Below are positions 8,131 through 15,852 of a stretch of DNA of 64,000 nt, piece by piece. The DNA is from Candidatus Thalassarchaeum betae. GTDB taxonomy: Archaea > Thermoplasmatota > Poseidoniia > Poseidoniales > Thalassarchaeaceae. Where the stretch lies: contig PSPG01000003.1 of assembly GCA_003193925.1 (NCBI GenBank), positions 1 through 64,000 on the forward strand, in the 5' to 3' direction. The notes under the pieces are model-generated. The model did no database searches. It was not told the origin of the DNA and saw only the letters and a program-made list of their open reading frames with translations. Within the stretch, counting starts at the first letter, position 1. Every line of letters starts with the position of its first letter. The position numbers and the translations under genes are program-made.

Positions 8131-8343
8131 ATGGACGAATGGGACAACGAAGGAGGCACGATTCCCACGCAGGACCGGGATCTCCCCGTCACCGGTAAAC
8201 GGTGCTGCTGCTGTTGCTGCTGCTGTTGCACGGCCATCGAGGGGGATAACCCGCGTCGGCTTCGACTGGTCATCAAGGGCGGTTGGCTGGTCGTGCTCGT
8301 CCTAGCTGCCATCGTCGGGGCCTATTGGCTGGGCGGGCAGTGA
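8131..8343 (+). CDS. 70-aa membrane-anchored protein with nine consecutive cysteines
   Basis: MDEWDNEGG...GKR-C9-TAIEG...GWLVVLVLAAIVGAYWLGG; AATATAAT about 26-33 nt upstream of the ATG; mixed TGC/TGT codons. Confidence 0.6.
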   Translation: MDEWDNEGGTIPTQDRDLPVTGKRCCCCCCCCCTAIEGDNPRRLRLVIKGGWLVVLVLAAIVGAYWLGGQ

Positions 8344-8375
8344 ACTCAGGGGGGGGACTGAGAGGTGAGATTCTT

Positions 8376-8412
8376 GACGCTCATGGATCCTAACCCCTGA
8401 GCTTCCGGACTC
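8376..8412 (-). repeat. Dyad site copy 3 (inverted): minus strand gagtccg-gaagctcagggg-ttagga-tccatgagcgtc
   Basis: Reverse complement matches 5751-5783 at 30/33 positions and shares the gagcgtc end with copy 2. Confidence 0.85.
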
Positions 8413-8576
8413 TCTGAGTCACAGAAGATTCACTCTGCATTAGACAGTCCCGCACTCGAGCACCGGTAAGACGTCGTCAGCGTAGCCATCGTTCATCCCG
8501 TAAGTCAGGTGGGCGTCGAGAGTGGGTTGGATCATTGTGAGTTCAGACGCACGGGTTGACTTCTTTAGGAATGTTT

Positions 8577-8592
8577 CTTAATAATTATTAAG
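8577..8592. promoter_or_regulatory. Perfect 16-bp AT-rich palindrome cttaataattattaag
   Basis: Self-complementary; lies at the island's right edge, about 20 bp beyond the nadE stop. Confidence 0.45.
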
Positions 8593-8612
8593 CGAAGCGT
8601 GCAAGCCTGATG

Positions 8613-10337
8613 TCACCTCTTCACGGCCAGCGGTTGGCGCCAGCCCTGACCGAAGGCGCGCTCGCTGACGCGAGGTGCGGGCGGCATCTGCCAGCGCTTG
8701 TGCTCACTGGTGTTGAGCTTGTCCTCGACCCACGCCACCGTAGCCTCGTCGTAGCCCTCAGCGGCGATGCTCTCGGGCGAGGCCATGTCTTCGATGAGAG
8801 CGTGTAGAATGGCGTCGAGCGTCGCGTAGGGGGGCAGGCTGTCCTGATCGACCTGGTCTGGGGCGAGTTCGGCTGAGGGTGCCTTAGTCAGGGTAGACTC
8901 GGTGAGTGGGGGCGGGTTGCCCATGGACTCCGCGTCCGTGTTGATGGCGCGGGCCAGATCGTAGACTTGGGTCTTGTAGAGGTCGCCGAGGGGCGCGTAT
9001 CCGCCGTTCATGTCGCCGTAGAGGGTACAGTAGCCGACCGCTAGCTCGGATTTGTTCCCCGTGGCCACCGCCATCGAGCCGCGCGCGTTAGCCGCGCCCA
9101 TCACCAGCATGCCCCGTATGCGCGCCTGCAGATTCTCCGCCGCCACCGGGTCGCCCGAATCGAGCTCCTCTGCCAGAGCCTCCTCCGCCTCGTTGTGAAG
9201 CTCGTTGATCGGTATCGAGAGCATCTCGATGCCAAGAGCCTCCGCGGTTGCCACCGCGTCGTCGATTGAGTGCTGGCTCGAGTGCCTGCTCGGCATCGAC
9301 AGGCCCAACACGTTTGCCGGCCCGACGGCGCGCGCGGCGATCACCGTACACACCGCCGAGTCTATGCCTCCGGACATCCCGAGCACGAGGCTCGTGATGC
9401 CCGATTTGCGGCAGTAGTCACCCAGTCCCGTAGTCACTGCGCTGAGTAGGTCCGTGCCGCTGTCCGGAGCGGCAGGCTCGTCGCCCGGTGCCACCATTTG
9501 GACAGCGCAGCGGCAGTCCGGGTCGCACTCGCCCTCGGGCCACGGCAGCCAACCGGCAGAACTCGGGTCCTCGAGGTCAACCAGCATCACGCCCATGCAC
9601 CAGCCGGGACCCTGCACCACAGTGCCATCGGGCCAAGCGACCAGCGAGCGGCCGTCGAAAATCAGGTCGTCGTTGCCGCCGACCTGGTTGCACAGCGCGA
9701 AGGGGTGGCCGAGCGTGGCTGCGGCGGCTCTGACCAGCGCGGCTCGCTCGCCCTCCTTGGCAAGGTGGTAGGGGCTCGCAGATAGGTTGACGGTAAGCCC
9801 GAGTGGGCCGCCGCCCTGCTGCCAGTCGGCCAGTTGCTCGATTGGGTCGGTGCGGTAGTCGTTAGGCACGTCGCCCACGTGCTGCCAAGCGTCCTCGCAG
9901 ATGGTCACTCCGAGGTGCATCCCGGATGCGCTTGCAAGGCCGGCATCGAGATTCGGCTCGAAGTAGCGGGCCTCGTCGAACACATCGTAGGTCGGCAGCA
10001 GCTGCTTGCGGCAGACGATTTCGCCGCTGCCGCCGGGCCCGACGCGCACCGCGCCGTTGGCCGGTTTGGTGCGCTCGCTGCCCGAGTCAATTGGCGTACC
10101 GACCAGAAGTGGGATAGGAGACTGGACTGCGCTCGCGGCAGCCTGACACCGCTCGACGAAGCCGTCCTCGAGCAGCAGGTCACGGGGCGGATACCCGCAT
10201 ATTGCGAGCTCGCAGGTGCACGCTATCGAAGCCCCGTTGCTGGCCGCCAGAGCGGCTGCGCGCTCTATCTCAGCGGCGTTGGATTCAATGTCCCCAATTG
10301 TGGGGTTGAGTTGCAGCAGCGCCACGATCTCGCCCAT
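8613..10337 (-). CDS. nadE: Glutamine-dependent NAD+ synthetase
   Basis: Nitrilase domain with the E-K-C triad (CEL, RKQLLP, ICED) plus a synthetase domain (SGGIDS, ENLQARIR, TGNKSE, PSAEL). Confidence 0.96.
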   Translation of the reverse strand: MGEIVALLQLNPTIGDIESNAAEIERAAALAASNGASIACTCELAICGYPPRDLLLEDGFVERCQAAASAVQSPIPLLVGTPIDSGSERTKPANGAVRVGPGGSGEIVCRKQLLPTYDVFDEARYFEPNLDAGLASASGMHLGVTICEDAWQHVGDVPNDYRTDPIEQLADWQQGGGPLGLTVNLSASPYHLAKEGERAALVRAAAATLGHPFALCNQVGGNDDLIFDGRSLVAWPDGTVVQGPGWCMGVMLVDLEDPSSAGWLPWPEGECDPDCRCAVQMVAPGDEPAAPDSGTDLLSAVTTGLGDYCRKSGITSLVLGMSGGIDSAVCTVIAARAVGPANVLGLSMPSRHSSQHSIDDAVATAEALGIEMLSIPINELHNEAEEALAEELDSGDPVAAENLQARIRGMLVMGAANARGSMAVATGNKSELAVGYCTLYGDMNGGYAPLGDLYKTQVYDLARAINTDAESMGNPPPLTESTLTKAPSAELAPDQVDQDSLPPYATLDAILHALIEDMASPESIAAEGYDEATVAWVEDKLNTSEHKRWQMPPAPRVSERAFGQGWRQPLAVKR

Positions 10338-10382
10338 CAGTACTCAGGGGGGAAGGGGGGCATTCAAGGTTGCCGGATGGTT

Positions 10383-11024
10383 TCAGTGGCACGCCGCATC
10401 GTACTTCTTCAGCCGCCAGTAGTTGTAGGGCCAGGGCGTCAGGAAGCCGACGATGAGCATCGGCGGGATGACCCACCATACCAGTTGGGCCCCTCCCATC
10501 AATACAAGGTCGACGCTATTCATCGCCGCTTCCATCGAGAGCATGGAAATCAATGACATTCCGATTGCCACCCGGAATGCCTCATTCAGTGCCATCTGAG
10601 CCGATAGGATGACGGTCTCAAGGGCGATTGAGGTCATGATTCCATTGAACATCGCCAGCCACATAATCATCATCGTGCTCCATCCCGAGTCAGTGAATAC
10701 AAACTGGAAAGCTGCTATGGTTCCGATATCGCCGATGGAGCAGCCGATCAGGCACCATTTGGTGTTGTTCGCAGACTTCCTCCAGACATCGCCGTCGCTC
10801 CAGTTAAAGTCGACGCCTGCGCCGTCGGCGGTGTAGCCAGCGCCGGTGATAGCAGCGACCATCGCGTCTCGGCCCACCCCTGAATGGGATACCACTGCCT
10901 GACCGATCTCGTGGGATACTTCAGCGCTGAGCACCCCGGTCAGCCCCTCAAGAGCGTTCCGGACATTGCCTGAGCATCCCGTGCAGGTCATCCCTCCGAC
11001 CGGGATTGTGACCGTCTCAGACAC
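10383..11024 (-). CDS. Heavy-metal-associated (CopZ-like) domain fused to a DUF4396-like membrane domain
   Basis: GMTCTGC HMA motif, then WCLIGCSIGD...SMISMLSME...PWPYNYW; GTG start at 11024. Confidence 0.8.
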   Translation of the reverse strand: MSETVTIPVGGMTCTGCSGNVRNALEGLTGVLSAEVSHEIGQAVVSHSGVGRDAMVAAITGAGYTADGAGVDFNWSDGDVWRKSANNTKWCLIGCSIGDIGTIAAFQFVFTDSGWSTMMIMWLAMFNGIMTSIALETVILSAQMALNEAFRVAIGMSLISMLSMEAAMNSVDLVLMGGAQLVWWVIPPMLIVGFLTPWPYNYWRLKKYDAACH

Positions 11025-11126
11025 GCCCGGCCGTCCCGACGGGCACTCTTGAATCCTACTAAACGACGAATTCGCCCTGTGGGCGAACGAGGCATCTTCA
11101 ATACAGCGCCGTGGGTCGCCGGCCCG

Positions 11127-14100
11127 ATGGGCGTACCCAAGCCAGCCGGCAGCCTCGACCCGGTCGCCCTTGAGACTGCCTTGATGGAGACATGGGGCGA
11201 AGAGGGGACCTTCGAGGCGACTATCGAGGCGCGCCGAGACGTCGCCAGTCCCTTCACCTTCCTCGAGGGACCGCCCACTGCCAACGGCCGGCCTGGCATC
11301 CACCACGTCATCTCGAGGCTGTTCAAGGACATGGTGTGCCGGTGGAAGACCATGGAGGGGCACGTCGTCGAGCGCATGGGGGGCTGGGACACCCACGGCC
11401 TTCCCGTCGAGATAGAGGTGCAGAAGAAACTCGATCTGATGTCCAACGAGGCCATCGAGGCCTATGGCATGGAGGCGTTCAACGAGAGGTGCAAGGAGAG
11501 CGTCTGGACCTACGAAAAGGCGTGGCGCGAGATGACCGAACGCATGGGCTTCTGGATAGACATGGACGAGCCCTACGTCACGCTGCACGACGAGTACATA
11601 GAATCCGCATGGTGGTCACTCAAGCGGATGTTCGACAAGGGCCTGCTGTTCCGCGGTCACAAGGTCCTGCCCTACTGCCCCCAGACGGGCACCAGCTACT
11701 CCACCCACGAGGTCTCCCTGGGCTACAAGGAGGTGTCCGAGCCGGCCGTCTACATCAAGTTCAGGCTCGTCGATGACGATGCCTCGGTGCTGGCGTGGAC
11801 GACCACGCCGTGGACCCTGCCGGGCAACGTGGGGCTGGCCGTCGGCCCCGATGTCACCTACTGCCGCATCCGCATCGCCGAGCCGCCCGCCGGTGCGTGG
11901 GACGGGCGCGGTGGAGCGGAGGTCGGAGAGGAGTTAATCCTCGCCAAGGACCTGCTCACAGACGTCCTGCGCCACCAGATCGAGGTCATCGGCGAGTTTC
12001 CGGGCTCGCAACTCATCGGCAAGGCCTATCACCCCCTTTTCCCCGACGCGGTCGAGCGAGGCGACTCCGAGAGCGCCTGGACAGTCGTCGCTGCCGACTT
12101 CGTGACCACCACTGACGGGACGGGCGTGGTCCATACCGCAGTGATGTACGGCGAGGAGGACTACAACCTCGGAATGGAGGTCGGCTTCCCGGCTCAGCAC
12201 ACCGTCGGCATCGACGGCGCCTTCGTCGCCGGGACCCATCACCTGCTCGACGGTCGCTACGTCAAGGACTGCGATTCCGACATCATCGACCACCTCGCCG
12301 ACGAGGGCCTGCTCTACCGCGAGCACACCTACACCCATGACTACCCGCACTGCTGGCGCACCGATCACCCGCTGCTGTACTACGCGATGGACAGCTGGTT
12401 CGTCCGCATGACCGCGGTCCGCGATGAGATACTCCAGTACAACTCTGAGGTCGAATGGGCCCCCGAGTGGACCGGTACCAAGCGCATGGGAGAGTGGCTC
12501 TCGAACATCAAGGACTGGGCAATCAGCCGCGAGCGCTACTGGGGCACCCCTATCCCCGTGTGGATCTGTCCGGACTGCGGCCACGAGCACTGCATCGGCA
12601 GCATCGAGGAGATGGTTTCGATGAAGACTGCGGACTCACCGGTGCCGCCCGAACTGCACCGACCTTACGTGGACGACGTCAAGCTGCACTGCCCCTCGAG
12701 CGGCTGCTCGGGCGAGATGGTGCGCGAGCCCTACGTCATGGACTGCTGGTTCGACTCTGGCTGCGCCTCGTTCGCCCAGTGGCACTACCCGTTCGAGAAC
12801 GAGGACAAGTTCGACGGCTCGTTCCCGGTCGACTACATCTGCGAGGCCGTCGACCAGACGCGAGGCTGGTTCTACTCGCTGCTCGCCGTCTCGACAGCGG
12901 TGTTCGACAGCACCTGCTACCACCGCTGCCTCTCACTTGGCCACATCCTAGACAAGGAAGGAAAGAAGATGAGCAAGTCGAAGGGCAACGTCGTCGACTC
13001 GTGGGACCACTTCAACAAGGAGGGCGCTGATTCGATTCGCTGGTACATGACCACGCAGAGCGCGCCGTGGTCTCCCACCAATTTCGACCCCAATGGGGTT
13101 CGACGGTCCTACGCCTCGATGTTCCTCACGCTGTGGAACATCTACCGCTTCCACGCCGACTACGCCGCGCTCGACGGGTTCGATCCCGATGACCAGTCGG
13201 GCTACGTGGCTGTCACAGAGCGCAGCCCGCTCGACCGCTGGGTACTGTCGAGGGCGAGTGCGATGGCCGACGCGTACCACGAGCACTTCGAGTCTTGGGA
13301 CTTCCACAAGGCCGGGCGCGAACTCGAGGACTTCGTCGTCAACGACCTCTCGAACTGGTATGTGCGGCGCTCGCGGCGTCGACTCTGGGACGAGGCGGAC
13401 AGCAGCGACAAGCGGGCCTGCCAGCACACTCTGCACGAGGCCTTGCTGCTGGTCTGCCGGCTGATGGCGCCGATTGCGCCGTTCATGCCTGACAGGATCC
13501 ATCGCGATCTCGTCGGCTCGTCTGTCCATCTGGCCGATTGGCCCGCCGGATCGTCGCTGCTCGAGCGTACCCTACCGCCGCGTGACTACGGACTGGAGCA
13601 GCAGATGGCGCTCGTTCGCACGCTCGCCGAGACCGGGCGTCGGATTCGCGTCGAGGGGGGGCGCCGGCAGAGGCTGCCGTGCCGCTACGGGTGGATCATC
13701 GGAGGGCCTGAGCTTGCCGGCTTCCACGACATCCTCGCAGAGGAGCTGAATGTGGAGAGCCTGATGACAGAGAAGGATCTGGACCGCTTCCAGAGGACTG
13801 CGCTCAAGCCGAACAGGAAGTCGCTGGGCGCCAAGTGCAGATCCGACCTGCCGGCTGTGCTGGCCAAGTTGGGCACCGCCGATCCCGACTCGCTCCTGCT
13901 CGAGATAGAGGCCGGCATCGCGGCGCTCGCAGGCTATCAGATCACGATGGACGACATCGAGGTGCGCCGAGTCGAGAAGGAGGGCTACTCAGCAGCCACT
14001 CTGTCCGACGAAGACTTCGGTGACGTATCCCTGGTGCTCGACATGAGCATCGACGATGAGCTGCAGTCGCGCGGGCTCGCGCGTGACGTCATACGCAGAA

Positions 14101-14315
14101 TCCAGTCGAAGCGTAAGGAGCTCGACCTCGCCGTCGAGGGCACCATCCGGCTGTCTGTCTGGATAGACGGAGGCGAGTTGGCCGAAGACGACTGGGCGCA
14201 CGTGCAGAGCGAGACTAGGGCCGGCACTGCGGTTCTCAACGAAGGTGATGCACCCTCCGAGGCCGACTCGTTCGAGGTCGACGGCATCGAAGTCGCGTTC
14301 ACAATCGCTTCCTGA
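11127..14315 (+). CDS. ileS: Isoleucine--tRNA ligase (archaeal/eukaryal type)
   Basis: EGPPTANG, GWDTHGLP, WTTTPWTLP, DWAISRERYWG, DQTRGWF, KMSKS. Confidence 0.97.
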   Translation: MGVPKPAGSLDPVALETALMETWGEEGTFEATIEARRDVASPFTFLEGPPTANGRPGIHHVISRLFKDMVCRWKTMEGHVVERMGGWDTHGLPVEIEVQKKLDLMSNEAIEAYGMEAFNERCKESVWTYEKAWREMTERMGFWIDMDEPYVTLHDEYIESAWWSLKRMFDKGLLFRGHKVLPYCPQTGTSYSTHEVSLGYKEVSEPAVYIKFRLVDDDASVLAWTTTPWTLPGNVGLAVGPDVTYCRIRIAEPPAGAWDGRGGAEVGEELILAKDLLTDVLRHQIEVIGEFPGSQLIGKAYHPLFPDAVERGDSESAWTVVAADFVTTTDGTGVVHTAVMYGEEDYNLGMEVGFPAQHTVGIDGAFVAGTHHLLDGRYVKDCDSDIIDHLADEGLLYREHTYTHDYPHCWRTDHPLLYYAMDSWFVRMTAVRDEILQYNSEVEWAPEWTGTKRMGEWLSNIKDWAISRERYWGTPIPVWICPDCGHEHCIGSIEEMVSMKTADSPVPPELHRPYVDDVKLHCPSSGCSGEMVREPYVMDCWFDSGCASFAQWHYPFENEDKFDGSFPVDYICEAVDQTRGWFYSLLAVSTAVFDSTCYHRCLSLGHILDKEGKKMSKSKGNVVDSWDHFNKEGADSIRWYMTTQSAPWSPTNFDPNGVRRSYASMFLTLWNIYRFHADYAALDGFDPDDQSGYVAVTERSPLDRWVLSRASAMADAYHEHFESWDFHKAGRELEDFVVNDLSNWYVRRSRRRLWDEADSSDKRACQHTLHEALLLVCRLMAPIAPFMPDRIHRDLVGSSVHLADWPAGSSLLERTLPPRDYGLEQQMALVRTLAETGRRIRVEGGRRQRLPCRYGWIIGGPELAGFHDILAEELNVESLMTEKDLDRFQRTALKPNRKSLGAKCRSDLPAVLAKLGTADPDSLLLEIEAGIAALAGYQITMDDIEVRRVEKEGYSAATLSDEDFGDVSLVLDMSIDDELQSRGLARDVIRRIQSKRKELDLAVEGTIRLSVWIDGGELAEDDWAHVQSETRAGTAVLNEGDAPSEADSFEVDGIEVAFTIAS

Positions 14316-14316
14316 T

Positions 14317-15750
14317 TCAGGCGACGGCGGGGCCGTACCTGACCGGAAGCAGCATCTCGACCCCGAACAGCGGGTCGGGGTCGGTCGAGTCGTGGTAGGC
14401 GATGAACGCCCCGCCGTCAGGCAGGATGCCCATGCTGGCGAAGTCGAACCTGATGTCGTTGCCAGCACCGGAGGTCGAATCGAGGTCGCCCAGCCCGAGG
14501 TGCGTCTTCATGTCGGGCACGAGGCTCTCCGAGTACTCCCTGACGTGCCAGGCGACATCGACGTCGGGGCCCTCAGCGCTCTGGTAGCGCACGTTCAGGA
14601 CGAACAGGTCCTGGGCCCCGTTGGCGTGGAACTCCCACTCCTCGAGCTCGGTCGCGACCGAGGACAGGTTGTAGGTCTGGTTCGTCCAGGTCTCGCCCCC
14701 GTCCCATGAGAGCATGTGCTGGAGCACGGTGCCTGCGGCGGTGACGCAGTGGAGCGCTGTGGAGGAGTCGAAAGAGCAGTACTGCGAAGGCAGGCTGCTG
14801 CCGTTGGCATTGGTCGCAGCCCACCAGCTGAGCGAGGTGTCGAGGTATGCATCCACATCGCCGTCGAAGTAGTCGGGGAAGTACAGGCCGCCCGATGGCA
14901 CCGGGAAGGAGCGCATCTCCTTGTGCGGCTTGGTGTAGTCCCACTCGACGCCGAGCTCGTCGAAGTCGAGGTCGACCTCCATGACGTCAAGGTTCGCGTC
15001 TCGGTCGGGGAAGTCGAAGTTCTGGTAGTTCAGACCGTCAGTGCTGATCTGCCCGCCGCGGTTGGCCACCTGGTGCCAGAAGTTACTGATCACGAGGCTG
15101 GCCCAAGGCCCGCTGCCGTAGATGCTGCTGATCGGTCCGGTCACCTCAACCTGCCAGGACCTGTCGTAGAAGGCCTCCGGGGGCCGGTTGTAGCACCAGC
15201 TCCAGTCCTCGTCCTCGGAGTCGTAGAAGAAGGCGTAGAACTGGTCGGCTCCGCTGGTGCTCGGATACGGGAACCAGCCCATCGCGATGAGGTCCCCGTT
15301 GGTAGCCTGCACAATGCTGCCCTCGCCCAGGCCCTCCTGGCCCGGGAGCGTGGGCTTGGGGAGATAGCAGCCGAACTGCGAGAGGATGGTCGGTCGCCAT
15401 TCCTGCCACGTCATGCCCCTGTCCTCGCTCCAAGTCGGGTACTCGCCGCCGAAGTTGAGGATCCAGCCCTCCTTGGTGGCGGCTAGGTAGTGCTCGCAGC
15501 AGTTGCCGCCGTGCTCGTTGCCGTAGACGGTCCAAGTCGAATTGCCCCAGGTGTCGTTGCTGAACGGATCGCCTACGGTGAAGTTTCGGGGGTCTTCGTA
15601 GGACGATGGTACGTCGATGTAGTGGTATCCGGTATCCCACGGCGTCAGATCCTTGTCTTCGACCTCGCCTCCGCCGAAGCAGCCTGCGAGCGTCATGCTG
15701 CAGACCATCATCACCGCTAGCACTGCCCGCGACGCTCGCGTCGTTGCCAT
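14317..15750 (-). CDS. Secreted lipoprotein-like protein with Asp-box (BNR) motifs, probably a beta-propeller
   Basis: Signal peptide with a lipobox (TLAGC); SEDRGMTW, STDGLNY and SWDGGETW. Confidence 0.7.
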   Translation of the reverse strand: MATTRASRAVLAVMMVCSMTLAGCFGGGEVEDKDLTPWDTGYHYIDVPSSYEDPRNFTVGDPFSNDTWGNSTWTVYGNEHGGNCCEHYLAATKEGWILNFGGEYPTWSEDRGMTWQEWRPTILSQFGCYLPKPTLPGQEGLGEGSIVQATNGDLIAMGWFPYPSTSGADQFYAFFYDSEDEDWSWCYNRPPEAFYDRSWQVEVTGPISSIYGSGPWASLVISNFWHQVANRGGQISTDGLNYQNFDFPDRDANLDVMEVDLDFDELGVEWDYTKPHKEMRSFPVPSGGLYFPDYFDGDVDAYLDTSLSWWAATNANGSSLPSQYCSFDSSTALHCVTAAGTVLQHMLSWDGGETWTNQTYNLSSVATELEEWEFHANGAQDLFVLNVRYQSAEGPDVDVAWHVREYSESLVPDMKTHLGLGDLDSTSGAGNDIRFDFASMGILPDGGAFIAYHDSTDPDPLFGVEMLLPVRYGPAVA

Positions 15751-15852
15751 CACTGGACCCCGTGGCAGGGCCGTATTTCGCACTTCGCACGCGATGCGCC
15801 CTGCGGCGCAGGGCGGTGAGGTTCAAGGCGAGAAGCGCCGCGTGGCGGGGCC

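Noticed and set aside
8076-8312. Poly-Gln ORF on the minus strand
   Set aside because: It is antisense to the poly-Cys ORF, which has a TATA-like box at the right spacing and a clear TM helix; the minus-strand product has no comparable support.
5751-8412. Autonomous IS or transposon
   Set aside because: No transposase between the inverted repeats and no target-site duplication visible; kept only as an alternative reading of the dyad sites.
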